A stretch of DNA of 60,000 nt from Lytechinus pictus (Eukaryota): contig NC_087252.1 in the NCBI RefSeq assembly GCF_037042905.1, positions 8,000,001 to 8,060,000 on the forward strand. Direction: 5' to 3'. Below the pieces are notes generated by a model, which was not told the origin of the DNA, ran no database searches, and saw nothing but the letters and a program-made list of their open reading frames with translations. The position numbers were made by a program, and so were the translations under genes. Below are positions 12,729 to 24,858 of this stretch, piece after piece; the first letter of the stretch is position 1, and the number at the start of each line of letters is the position of its first letter.

Positions 12729-14535
12729 TGGTTAGAAATGTTCTGGGGTATCTTTTAAGACAACCTCCCATCGAATAACTATCATCCAGTTTCGATTACT
12801 GGAAGCCTCTTTCATTTCAGATTCAAACCGTTTTATGCCTGCTACAGTGCTAGAAAGAATAAAAATGTCAGCTCGTCCATAAATAATGAATTTCCTATAA
12901 ACCGGACAATTTGTTCACCAATCCGATGGAATTGTCTAAAATGTGCAAGCATTATAAACCTCGAAAGAAGAGGAGGCTACATTTAAATACTTTCATTCCT
13001 CTCTTAAAGAGAATCGTGGGATGTACTTCTAGCTGTACATGTAATGTACATGTACCCCTGTTTCATGAACACACTCAAAGCCAAAAAAGATGTCCCTTAT
13101 TTACTGGAGGGTCTTTCTCTTATCAATTTTTGGTTGGGATTCGACTTCTTTGGGTGTTGTGTCATCATTTTGTTTGTGTTTTTTGTGCATATAATACGGA
13201 CTCTCTTTTGTCACCTTATGACGTTGTACTCTTTACAGTTTACAGGTTTATGTCTGAGCAGTTATGATTTTGGGGTCCCCATCGAACACATCTTTATATC
13301 AAGCACTCTTTCCCAGTCACAATATTTGAATCGCCATTGACGTTTGGCCTTCAAACAGAGTGACGCTATGAAGTTGGAAACGGCTTTCCATGTAAAGGAA
13401 TGTGAGTCCAAAATTTTTGCAAACTATTGTAGATGCGTCACCGTTGTAAAACTTACCATGATTGCAAGTTGTCGATTGGCAGTCGATGCACATACGACAA
13501 CACTCCTGATAGCGTGGATCGCGATATTAGTTTAATGACACTCGTCACAGAAATGAAAAGCACACAAAAACGCTTTTGGTTTGTTACGACGTAGTGATTA
13601 TTCGTATTAAATTGAAAGAGTGTACCCTTCGTCGGACCTGCATATATCAATGCCTTGTTATGTCTACCCCGATATATCAGGTATTTGGAGACAACACTGG
13701 TTCTCTACCAGCTTTCTCAAGTAGTTCCTTTGCCATGTTAAGCAATTCTTTGCTAGGAGGTCATTGCTTATATCTAGTCCATGTGCGATATCTCTTATGT
13801 CTTTCAGCATGTAATTTAGCGATAACCACTGTTTTTGCGAAGTATATGTTATCAGTGGCAGGTGGTAGAGTTATGATAGAATGATTTTCAAAGCAGCGAT
13901 TTTGGCTTAAATGCCATCAAACTTTCGGGCACGACCTCCCACAGGGCTAACTACTTGATGGAGAGTGAATCCATACTAAAGAAAGTGCTGATCACTATTC
14001 AAAACCTCTTTGGTTTGTGCACGTATCAAAGAGGTTTTGAATAGCATACATTTGGTTAATGTCTTGTTTGACTTGACTTTCTTAGCTTGAACATAAAATT
14101 CTCCTCCTCAGATTCTGAGTCAGAGGACAACTGCTAAGGCTTTTTTCTCCTCATGCCCCTGACAGTGTCCTCTCTGCCCATGGATAGTCCTTTGCATACT
14201 CTGTTGCGTTTAGCGATAAGCTTCTCTTTCGACCCGTTAAACGCCAGCACCTTCGCCAAATGGGTAGTAAGACTCTTCCTGGTGCCCCATTTAATGGATA
14301 CAGTATCCCCACTGCTCACCACCTCATCAATTTGTGCAAGAATAAGCTCAATATCAAAATCCCTCACCAGGGCCCAGGGAAATGCTATTTACATGTAGAT
14401 ATATTCAACTGTTCAGAGACAGCAAACGAGACGAATGTAATCATGAGGTTCGGTATCTTTCAGTATTGTATGTTTTAACTTTTCAAGGAAAGAACGGATA
14501 TTGTCCAATACTTTTTTTGATGGAGATGTTTTTTT
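12729..14535 (-). pseudogene. tandem duplicate of 10250-12030, including the Polinton pPolB relic (copy 2)
   Basis: Near-identical sequence at ~2.48-kb offset (ORFs 10432 vs 12911, 10568 vs 13044). Confidence 0.9.
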
Positions 14536-15477
14536 TCTATCGACATTTTCCTTGGGGATTTTCATTCCTTCCCCCAAGGAAACCTGAAAAAGGGGATATA
14601 TGTATTAAATAGATAATGCATGTCAATTTACATTGCACATCTTAATATACATGTAATAAAGGGGTACTCCAGACTATTAAAAAAATCCCTCTCATGAATA
14701 TTCGTAAGAAATTGGATGATAATTTCGTGTCCCAAATTTCTTTTAATCCTTATATATTATGTTAATATGAAATCAGAATTATCCTAAGATACGACCATTC
14801 CTTGTAGCAGAATAAGTTGCAGCAATTATACATTGTACTTAATCCATATTCTTTGTTAATTCTTGAGGGACAAACATTAAATTAATGTTCATTTAATTTC
14901 ATATGATGAAATAAAAAGTAATTGGCGGAGATAAGACATTATAATCAGCCTTTGCATTGAATATTCATGAGGACGGATTTAAAACTGCTTATTGAATTAA
15001 ATGAAAACATTAACATGTACCACTTTGTTATGATTTTCATACAATTTTCAGTCTTTTGTTTGCCCGACTTTAGTATTATCCATGGAAATTATTATTTTCA
15101 ACCTAGAATACTTGGTAAAACATTGCCAAGTAATCTGGAAAACATGCAAGGTTCAATCTTAACAATAATTCATAAATAAAAAAGGGGGTCCAAATCACAG
15201 AGGCAATTTATCATATTAACATGAGCTGATAAGTTTGATTTGTCAAATGGTTATGTGGTTATCAGACAACATACCATTATAATTTTAATCACATAGTTGG
15301 ATCTAGTAGACAAATTTAAATTTTATTAATCTAAATTGCTCAGATAAAAAAAAAATTAATCATTAGATTGTGGTGAGGGTAAATCCAAAATAATCTCAAT
15401 CTTATTTTCAATTTATAATATTGACCCCCCCCCAAATTTAATCGATTACGATGTGAAGAATTCAGAGAGTAAGCTTA

Positions 15478-16240
15478 TTGGCCTACCTGTCCGTCTTGAG
15501 CCATATATTTGACTTCTGAATCTGTACTAGCTGGATCATCTGTAGCTGAAATGCCTGGGGTCTGGCCCGTCTGGGTAGTTCTTCCAGTACTAGTTGTGCA
15601 TATTCCAGTCACTGATATAAAAAAAAATAAGAAAAAAAAAAATTGATTGAAGAGAAAGCTAATACTAGTGACCCTAATACTAGTGACCCGAATCGATTGG
15701 ACATGGAGCTTAGACACTGAAAAAAAAAATCCTAATTTGCAACATTTGTTTTCTCCAATAATATGACCAATTATGTATCTTCAGCACTCATGAAGGGTCT
15801 ATGAATATGTTTTTTTTTTATGAGCATTGAAATTTTATAGCATTCTCCTGCTTTTATTAAGGCCTGCATTGTGGACAATATTAATACAATATGAATATGA
15901 GTATAGTTACCTGTATTAAACTTATCCAAGACCTCAACTTGGAGCCTCCTGTTTAATTCAGTTAGACGGGCCATCTCTGCCTCGAGGGATTCGTTTTTTC
16001 GGTCGTTTTTTTCAGTTTTGAAGACTGAATCTTACAATTTGCACAGGAAGAATTGGAAGGGATGGCAGGAGTGGTGGTCATTGTATTCGCCTTTTTTACT
16101 ACAGCCGTTTTTGTAGTCCTACTTGTACTAGTACTTGATGAGGCAAATGACGAGGAGTTGCTCCTCTCGTTAATCTTTTTAGCCATGATATTTTTTAAGG
16201 CAGCCTCTTTTGTTTTCTTAGCTGTGGCAGTCTTTTCTTT
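15478..16240 (-). pseudogene. orphan exon-like fragments (K/S/T-rich, CxxC, coiled coil), possibly a transposon accessory gene
   Basis: AG/GT-bounded segments encoding KEKTATAKK..CANCKIQ..MARLTELNRRLQVEVLDKF and a T-rich stretch; frameshift near 15990. Confidence 0.3.
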
Positions 16241-16539
16241 CTGTATGCAAAGACAATAAATAAAAGTATAGACCCTCATCAGTATCACTGTATTATGAAT
16301 ACATTTCAGGTATAGAACTTTTTAGTAACTTCCCTCAATTCAAATACTTTCTCACTCTTAAAATTACTTCTTTTCAGCAGTAATATTGATATTCTTTTAA
16401 GTTTCAGAATAGAGCCTCAGGAAATTATTTCCTTTGTAAACTCTTGTAGGATTTGTAAGCCTTCAAGTTAATCCTATCAGAAGGAGCAGCAATAACAACA
16501 CTCTGCTAATACCCTTACAGAAAATTTCCAATGGTACTG

Positions 16540-18520
16540 TATACCATTGGTATACCATTGAGCTACCATTGATGTTACCAATGGATTACCATTCAACCAT
16601 CACAAACCACGACACCATTGAAGCACAAAAAAAAAACACCATTGAAATACCATTGAAACACCATTGAAACTAATTCAAATTTTTTAGACGCTCATTTGCA
16701 TATCCAATGGTAGCCCAACGGTAGTCCAATGGTAGGGCACCATTGAGTAACCTAATTTGCATACCAGTGGTGGCTGAATGGTGTTTCATTGGTCTACCAT
16801 ACATCCACCATTGATCTACCATACATCCACCACTGATTTACCATTCACAATCCACCATTGACATACCATACATGTACCATTGATCTACCATTCATCCACC
16901 ATTGACCTACCACTAAATATCCACCATTGAACTACCACAAATCCACCATTGATCTACCATTCACTTTTCACCATTGACCTACCATACATCCACCATTGAC
17001 CTACCATTCACAATCCACCATTGACCTACCATACATCCACCATTGACATACCATTCACTATCCACCATTGACCTACCATACATCCACCAATGACCTACCA
17101 TTCACTATACACCATTGACCTACCATACATCCACCATTGACCTACCATTCACAATCCACCATTGACCTACCACACATCCACCACTGATTTACCATTCACA
17201 ATCCACCATTGACCTACCATACATCCACCATTGATCTACCATTCACTATCCACCATTGACCTACCATACATCCACCATTGATCTACCATACATCCACCAC
17301 TGATTTACCATTCACAATCCACCATTGACATACCATACATGTACCATTGACCTACCATACATCCACCACTGATTTACCATTCACAATCCACCATTGACCT
17401 ACCATACATCCACCATTGATCTACCATTCACTATCCACCATTGACCTACCATACATCCACCAATGACCTACCATTCACTATACACCATTGACCTACCATA
17501 CATCCACCATTGATCTACCATTCACTATCCACCATTGACCCACCATACATCCACCATTGACCTACCATTCACTATACACCATTGACCTACCATACATCCA
17601 CCATTGACCTACCATTCACAATCCACCATTGACCTACCACACATCCACCACTGATTTACCATTCACAATCCACCATTGACATACCATACATCCACCACTG
17701 ATTTACCATTCACAATCCACCATTGACCCACCATACATCCACCATTGACCTACCATTCACTATACACCATTGACCTACCATACATCCACCATTGACCTAC
17801 CATTCACAATCCACCATTGACCTACCACACATCCACCACTGATTTACCATTCACAATCCACCATTGACCTACCATACATCCACCACTGATTTACCATTCA
17901 CAATCCACCATTGACATACCATACATCCACCAATGACCTACCATTCATCCACCATTGACCTACCATACATCCACCAATGACCTACCATTCACTATCCACC
18001 ATTGACATACCATACATGTACCATTGATCTACCATACATCCACCACTGATTTACCATTCACAATCCACCATTGACATACCATACATCCACCAATGACCTA
18101 CCATTCATCCACCATTGACCTACCATACATCCACCAATGACCTACCATTCACAATCCACCATTGACATACCATACATGTACCATTGATCTACCATACATC
18201 CACCACTGATTTACCATTCACAATCCACCATTGACCTACCATACATCCACCATTGATCTACCATTCACTATCCACCATTGACCTACCATACATCCACCAA
18301 TGACCTACCATTCACTATACACCATTGACCTACCATACATCCACCATTGATCTACCATTCACTATCCACCATTGACCCACCATACATCCACCATTGACCT
18401 ACCATTCACTATACACCATTGACCTACCATACATCCACCATTGACCTACCATTCACAATCCACCATTGACCTACCACACATCCACCACTGATTTACCATT
18501 CACTATTCACCATTGACCAT
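16540..18520. repeat. minisatellite of 22-24-bp units (CCACCATTGACCTACCATACAT / CCACCATTGACCTACCATTCACAAT)
   Basis: About 2 kb of directly visible tandem array, homogeneous from ~16790. Confidence 0.95.
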
Positions 18521-18597
18521 GAAAGTAATCCCTCTCAGTCTCATTGACTATGTGTACAACAGCTAGTCTTAAAATTTTGAGATAACTGTTAATGGTC

Positions 18598-19374
18598 AGT
18601 AGTAAAGGTATACGTATAGTCACATAACTAAACCCTATTGTTCTAAACAATAGAAATATGAATTATGAATATTCTATTATTCTAAACAATAGAATATGAA
18701 ATATTAATAAAGTTATGAAATATGATTATGAAATATGAATATGAAATATGAAATAAGATTATGAAATATGATTATGAATTATGAAATATGGATCAATAAA
18801 TATGAAATATGGATCGACAAGTATGGAAATATGGATTATACCTTAAAACAATAGCGATATGGATTAAAACCTTAAAATAATAGCGATATGAATTAAAACC
18901 TTAAAACAATAGCAATATGAATTAAAACCTTAAACAATAGCGACATGGCTTAACACGTTAAAACAATAAGAATATGGATTAAAAGTTAAAACAATAAGAA
19001 TATGGAATAATTATTGAATGACGTCATAGATTTGAGACGCATCGAAAGCGAATGACGTCACCAGTGTGACGTAAAACAAATGACGTCATAGAGTGACGAA
19101 ACATGAAAAACAAATGACGTCATATCATCAGGCAGAACAAGAAATAAGAAAAGAAATAGAAGTGTGACGTCATGAAATGGCGAAACGAACGTGCAAAACC
19201 AATGACGTCATAGAGAATTGCACAACACCGATGAAATCATATCCATAAATAACCATTAAAACAAGAAGAAAGTAAAAGATACATCCAAACAAGTCTGGAC
19301 CATGTCAAGATAGAACTAAATATAGTAACTTACATAACTTACTTATAGCGGGGTCAGAAAACGTATAAAAGGGG
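18598..19374 (+). repeat. Polinton left TIR
   Basis: Reverse complement of 36473-37256; contains ATATGA-type and ~28-bp internal repeats. Confidence 0.95.
19019..19374 (+). promoter_or_regulatory. CRE/ATF site array plus TATA box in the left TIR
   Basis: TGACGTCA at 19019, 19053, 19081, 19115, 19165 and 19203; TATAAAAGGGG at 19364, ~65 nt before the first ATG. Confidence 0.7.
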
Positions 19375-19430
19375 TTATTGGTATCATGAAACTTCATTGC
19401 GAAACTGCTCTCTATAATTGACCAACACAA

Positions 19431-20333
19431 ATGATACAAGATGACCGAAACTCCAGACGATTGGTGCCACGATATGCAGACGACGGTAGAGAAGGTCGAA
19501 CTCATGATGCTGACGGAGTACCTGATGATCATAGAAACACAGTGGAGCCTCAAAAACCAACCGGACGACATATCGAGCTACCTTCCATCATCCGACCCAC
19601 AACACATGGTACACCAGACAGTCAGCTACCTGGACCCTCAGAAGGTGGAGCAGTTTTACCCCCACGTGGCTCGAGTCCTCTGGCTGAAACCGGACCAGGT
19701 CGATTGCAGACTGTACATGGAACATCTTCAATTCATTCTGAAAGGGGAGACAGAGGAGGAATTGGAAGCCAGGAGAAAGAATATAGCCCGTCATCTGGAG
19801 GGAATCGAAGCGGCAGTGCAGGTTGTATACCGAGCCATGGACGTCGACAGGGGCTTTCCTCCGATGATGACACCCCCTTTGTTCTGATAGAAGGGATTTT
19901 GTTGGAGCTGAATCCTGAGATGAAGGAGAGGGAGCTATCCAAACTATTAAGGATCATATGTCAAATGATAAAACAGCAGGATGACTTTCAAGGTCTGTAC
20001 GTCACGCGTCTACGAGAGACCGACAATCTGCAGTTATTTGTAGACATATTGCTCTCCGAGAGTCTCGAAAGAAAGGACCATCCTCATCTGTTACCCAGGG
20101 CAATGGCGACGCTTTGTTACTTCGAGAAGGTGTATAACATGACTGACATGTCGACAACGAAGAAAAGGGAACTCTACTCACTCTTTGTCATAGGACTGAA
20201 GATGTATGAAATACCTTGGAACAGTACAACACCCGAGTCATTGTATGGACTCTTACCTTGGTTGCTCCCTAGAAGTATTTTACATTTTATACTGTACATT
20301 TGTAACATCGATGTAAATAGACTCTTCCAGTGA
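19431..20333 (+). CDS. Polinton accessory ORF(s) of unknown function: overlapping 148-aa (19441-19887) and 300-aa frames
   Basis: First ORFs downstream of the TIR promoter; the 148-aa ORF and the C-terminal half of the 300-aa ORF look globular/helical. Confidence 0.55.
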   Translation: MIQDDRNSRRLVPRYADDGREGRTHDADGVPDDHRNTVEPQKPTGRHIELPSIIRPTTHGTPDSQLPGPSEGGAVLPPRGSSPLAETGPGRLQTVHGTSSIHSERGDRGGIGSQEKEYSPSSGGNRSGSAGCIPSHGRRQGLSSDDDTPFVLIEGILLELNPEMKERELSKLLRIICQMIKQQDDFQGLYVTRLRETDNLQLFVDILLSESLERKDHPHLLPRAMATLCYFEKVYNMTDMSTTKKRELYSLFVIGLKMYEIPWNSTTPESLYGLLPWLLPRSILHFILYICNIDVNRLFQ

Positions 20334-20544
20334 TGCTTTGTATTATACATTAATATAATTTGTTCGTAATAATAATAACTCAGAAACCAACAAAGAAACG
20401 TGTAGCTACATCATTATTTGGGCAGTATATAGAAATGTGTGTGTGTAGTTTGATAGAATAGTGAGTAACCAATCATTTATAACCTAGTGTTTGTGAAAGA
20501 TAAGTCATTGATAAGAGAATTTGGAGTGCCGTTAACAACAAATC

Positions 20545-21633
20545 ATGAAGAAGTTGGAGAGAGCTTTGAGAGAAATTTATTACAATCCAGAACACGGTGC
20601 AGGCTTTGGAAGTGTGGTAAAATTATGGCGGGCTGTGAGAGAACATGGATTCCCAAATGTCGAAGTGAAAAAGGTGAAAGAATGGTTACAACATCAGGAT
20701 GCATACACTTTGCATACACCGGCAAGAAAGAAATTTAAAAGAAATCGTGTGAAAGTGCGAGGGATAGATGAAATTTGGGAAGCTGATTTGATCGATTTAA
20801 ATAATATAACAAAATTTAACAAGGGATATCGATATATTCTAACGTGTATCGACGTTCTATCTAAATATGCATGGGCCATACCCCTCAAAACAAAATCCTC
20901 CCATGACATCATACACGGTTTCAAAAAAATCTTGAAACAGAGTCGTGTCCCTATTATGTTACACACGGACAAAGGAAAGGAATTTTTAAACAAGAAATTT
21001 CAAAATTTTCTGAAAGAACAAAATATTCAATTTTTCACCACAGAAAACAGCATCAAATGTGCTGTAGCGGAACGTTTTAACCGTACTCTCATGACTAGGG
21101 TATACAGGTATTTAACTTTTAACAATTCGTATCGATACATCGATGTATTGCAGGAAATCATGCGCGGGTACAATGGGGCTGTTCACTCGAGCATCGGTAT
21201 GAAGCCCAAAGAAGTGACAATCGAGAATCAAAAACGTGCTTTAAAAGCGTTGTTTGGAACAAAAACAAAGAAAAAACTTAAAAGGAAAAAGAAGGTGAAA
21301 TATGCAGTGGGTGACCAGGTACGTATCAGTAAAAACAAACTGAGGTTTGAAAAGGGGTATGCGAGTAACTGGTCGGAAGAAATTTTCACTATCAGCAAAT
21401 GCATTGGGAGGATACCACCGGTATACAAACTGAAAGATTACAACGGAGAGGAACTATTGGGTACTTTTTACGAATACGAACTTCAAAAGATTAGGAAAGA
21501 TAAACACGCCAAATATTTGATAGAAAAGGTGTTGAAAACAAGGACTCGTAAGGGTAAAAAACAATATCTGGTACGTTGGAAGGGTTATGAGAAAGAATTC
21601 GACAGTTGGGAAAAGAGGATAGAAAAGAGATAA
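20545..21633 (+). CDS. retroviral-type (rve) DDE integrase with C-terminal chromodomain
   Basis: WEADLID, HTDKGKEF and AERFNRT catalytic motifs; YLIEKVL..YLVRWKGY..DSWE chromodomain. Confidence 0.95.
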   Translation: MKKLERALREIYYNPEHGAGFGSVVKLWRAVREHGFPNVEVKKVKEWLQHQDAYTLHTPARKKFKRNRVKVRGIDEIWEADLIDLNNITKFNKGYRYILTCIDVLSKYAWAIPLKTKSSHDIIHGFKKILKQSRVPIMLHTDKGKEFLNKKFQNFLKEQNIQFFTTENSIKCAVAERFNRTLMTRVYRYLTFNNSYRYIDVLQEIMRGYNGAVHSSIGMKPKEVTIENQKRALKALFGTKTKKKLKRKKKVKYAVGDQVRISKNKLRFEKGYASNWSEEIFTISKCIGRIPPVYKLKDYNGEELLGTFYEYELQKIRKDKHAKYLIEKVLKTRTRKGKKQYLVRWKGYEKEFDSWEKRIEKR

Positions 21634-21702
21634 AGGTGTTTAACAACGCAAGAAAATGTCAAATCGTGTTTCGGACAGGGTCATGTTTGGATGGTCTTCA
21701 TC

Positions 21703-22467
21703 ATGAGCTCTCAATTTTACGTCACTTTACCGAGCAATAGCTCTATGAATATTTATCCTGAAAACAAAACATGTCGTTACACGACCAAGCTTCATACACC
21801 TATTTCCCTCACGGAAAATTTCGAAGTAGGGCTCGCTGAGCTCCAATTCCAGAAGAGCTGGAATACAATCAACGAAGAAAATAATGTAATTACTATCCAC
21901 CGTAATGATGCGAATTCCAGTAACCCAAACATGGTGAAATCGATTACATTACCATCGGGTTATTATAATTCGGGAGAAGAATTAATCATGGTAATCAATG
22001 GTGTCATGGATAGACGTGTACGGTCTTTCGTTGGTTTCTTTTATAAACATACAATGAGAAAGTGTTACATACAAATTGGAGAAGGAACGGCGGTGATGAT
22101 ACCCTGTAATCTAGCGAGAATGATGGGTTTTGACGGGGAATGTCACCTTACAGAATCTACGTTAAGCCCTCTGCCGATGGACGTTCAAATGTTCTTTCAC
22201 ACATTTTATATTTATTCCGATATTGTGCAACATCAATATGTAGGGGATGCATGTGTACCTCTTTTGAGAACCGTAGCTGTCATTCCAAATAAAGAGTCGG
22301 ATAACATCATTTGCACTTACGATTCCCCTCATTACGTTCCTTTAAACCTGTATCAATTTGAAACTATAGATATTATATTAACGAATGAAACCGGTGAAGT
22401 TGTGTCATTTGAAAGAGGGAAGGTGATCGTGAAGCTTCATTTTAGGGAACGTGCGTCCTCATTGTGA
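21703..22467 (+). CDS. minor capsid protein (penton, single jelly roll)
   Basis: FYVTLPSNSS N-terminus, YIYSDIV..VGD..VPLLR and KLHFR C-terminus typical of Polinton minor capsids; synteny. Confidence 0.85.
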   Translation: MSSQFYVTLPSNSSMNIYPENKTCRYTTKLHTPISLTENFEVGLAELQFQKSWNTINEENNVITIHRNDANSSNPNMVKSITLPSGYYNSGEELIMVINGVMDRRVRSFVGFFYKHTMRKCYIQIGEGTAVMIPCNLARMMGFDGECHLTESTLSPLPMDVQMFFHTFYIYSDIVQHQYVGDACVPLLRTVAVIPNKESDNIICTYDSPHYVPLNLYQFETIDIILTNETGEVVSFERGKVIVKLHFRERASSL

Positions 22468-22519
22468 AAACGATTGATTGTATAAAACTGTAATGATACA
22501 TCATCGTAGACGACCTTCC

Positions 22520-22960
22520 ATGTTAAAAAATAAAATGCATATTTATCAACGTCAAATAGGGTATGGTATCCCAGTTTTTAAAGGAGCTGTCATGCAACGA
22601 GGACATGGGCTGGGTAGTTTGGTCAAGGGTTTATTTAGATCGGCTGCCCCACTTTTGAAAAGGGGGGCTATGGCACTGGGTAAGGAGGCAATGAGTACAG
22701 GACTGAACATTGTTCAAGATACCCTCAATGGTGAAAATATTAAAAAGGCGACCAGGAAGAATGTGTCGAAAGCCGGGAAGCGACTGGCATCCAAAACAAT
22801 GGGCAGGATCAAGACGACACTAGGAGGAACGCAGACAGGAGGGAATCGTAGGTTGATCTTCAGAGAAGTTAAAAGAAAGAAGCAAGCAAGGAAAAGGACC
22901 ATTCGGTCGAAAAACCCTCCAGCGAAAAGACGTCGGGTACCAGACATCTTTGATCAGTAA
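22520..22960 (+). CDS. basic virion core / membrane-active protein with protease-type sites (cupiennin-like amphipathic helix)
   Basis: QIGYG, QRGHG|LGSLVKGLFRSAAPLLKRG and QTGG motifs; K/R-rich tail; lies between minor and major capsid genes; start codon uncertain. Confidence 0.7.
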   Translation: MLKNKMHIYQRQIGYGIPVFKGAVMQRGHGLGSLVKGLFRSAAPLLKRGAMALGKEAMSTGLNIVQDTLNGENIKKATRKNVSKAGKRLASKTMGRIKTTLGGTQTGGNRRLIFREVKRKKQARKRTIRSKNPPAKRRRVPDIFDQ

Positions 22961-22995
22961 TTCATTCAACCAATCTGCATAACAACGTTTCCATC

Positions 22996-24321
22996 ATGGC
23001 TAAATTACACGACAAGAGTGATGCCTGCTGTAAATCCGAATTGGATCTCTTTACCATTCCTAGTACACAAATGAGTATTCTCAAAGGACCTTGGGTCGAA
23101 TATCATCCTGTCAGTACTATCACAGATGCAGCTCCTATTGAATTCAACGTAGGCGGAACTGTGGAAGAATATGTCGATCTTTCTGAAACCATGATTCAAG
23201 TGACAACCAAAATCGTCAACCCAGACAATTCACCTCTCGGTGCAGATGCGCAGGTTGGACCTGTCAATTTATTTTTACCTTCGCTTTTCAGTCAGGTAGA
23301 TGTGATGCTCAATGAAAAATTGGTTTCCCAACCTTCGAACACCTACCCTTATAGAGCCTTATTGGAAACATTGTTACACTACGGAGGTGAAACAAAAACA
23401 TCCCAGCTTACACAACAATTGTACTACAAAGACGAGGCGGGTAAAATGGACATCGTCAATCCTATAGATGGGGAAACAAACAATGGACTAAAAAAACGAC
23501 ATACGTTTATAGCTGGAAGTAAACTTCTCTCTATGATAGGACCGGTATACGCCGATTTGTTCTTTCAGGAAAGGCTTTTACTCCCTGGAGTCGATTTAAA
23601 ACTCAAATTCAACCGTAGCAAGGACTCGTTCTGTCTCCTATCATCCGACGCAAATCCAAAGTACAAAGTGGTCATTGATAAGGCTGCCCTCTACGTCAGG
23701 AGAGTGAAAGTCAACCCATCGGTGATGATCTCACACGCTAAAACATTGGAAAAATCAACCGCAAAGTATCCCGTGAACAAAGTAGATGTCCGTTCCTTCT
23801 CGATCCCAGCTGGTAACATGTCAGTGAGCAAGGACAATCTATTTCTTGGTCAACTCCCCAACCGAATCATCGTCGGTTTCGTAGACGATGCCTACAATTG
23901 ATCCTATACCAAAAATCCTTATAACTTCAAACATCTTCATCTCAACTTCATTGGGGTTACTATCGACGGAGAAACAATACCTATGAGACCTCTTCGTCCA
24001 AATTACGTAGAAGGACCAGGACAGAATTTTCTACAAGCTTACAATTCACTCTTTATGGGTTGTGGACGTATGTTTACGGATAAAGGATTGGACATTGACA
24101 GAGAAGACTATTCAAAGGGATACACGTTGTATGCTTTTGACCTGACTCCCGATCTATCGGATGGATGTCACCTTAATCTTGTTAAACAAGGCAACCTACG
24201 ACTCGAACTCCAGTTTGATACACCTTTGACAAAAACTGCAAACTGTATCGTCTTATCCGAAGCACAGGGGCTCATCGAGATTGACCGAAGCAGGAACATC
24301 ATCTACGATCATCAAGGATAA
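22996..24321 (+). pseudogene. major capsid protein (double jelly roll) with one premature stop
   Basis: KSELDLF, LFSQVDV, NTYPYRA, NPYNFKH and TLYAFDLTPD motifs; the 301-aa and 112-aa ORFs are in frame across TGA at 23899-23901 (AYN*SY, probably from a Gly codon). Confidence 0.92.
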
Positions 24322-24341
24322 TCGCCTTACCATTCAATAAA

Positions 24342-24858
24342 ATGGATACCCATCAGATCGATCATGTATTGAAACAGCATCCTTCCACGCACCCCTATTA
24401 CAGAGGAACGTGTGCATTGGACCAATTACCCAGGGAGATTGACAAGAAAAGACAATATGCTACGTTGTGAATACAGACCCCAGCAACAAAGCGGGCTCAC
24501 ATTGGATCGCTTTCTTTTTTTAAGAGGGTCATGGGGAAATTTTTTGTTCTTATGGGAACGAACCTTCTTTTTACAGTCCTACATTTACCAATTTTCTTCA
24601 AAGAAACACCGTGTCATGGGTTCATAATAAAAAGCGGGTGCAAGGGATAGGTTCTACGGTATGTGGACAATATTGTATTATATCATAAAAAGATGCCAGG
24701 GCCAGGGACTTAATCGTGTACTAAGGGTATTTGGTAAAGATTATAGACAAAATGATAAAAAAATCAACGACTGGTGTAATCGACGTTTTGGTTCCTCGTT
24801 CCCCTTACAAGACCCATCTTTGATTTTTAGACAAATCGCACAAAGTCTGGCTATTTAA
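24342..24858 (+). pseudogene. adenain-like maturation cysteine protease, frameshifted
   Basis: Fragments MDTHQID.., YVVNTDPSNKAGSHWIA (catalytic His), FCSYG and RVQGIGSTVCGQYC (catalytic Cys) spread over different frames. Confidence 0.88.

Noticed and set aside
16790..18520. Telomeric repeat
   Set aside because: Unit is 22-24 bp, not TTAGGG-like, and the array is internal
23899..23901. Programmed readthrough or alternative genetic code at the capsid TGA
   Set aside because: The ATPase has an unrelated TAA stop and other genes are frameshifted, so ordinary decay is the simpler explanation; homopolymer indels could partly be sequencing error
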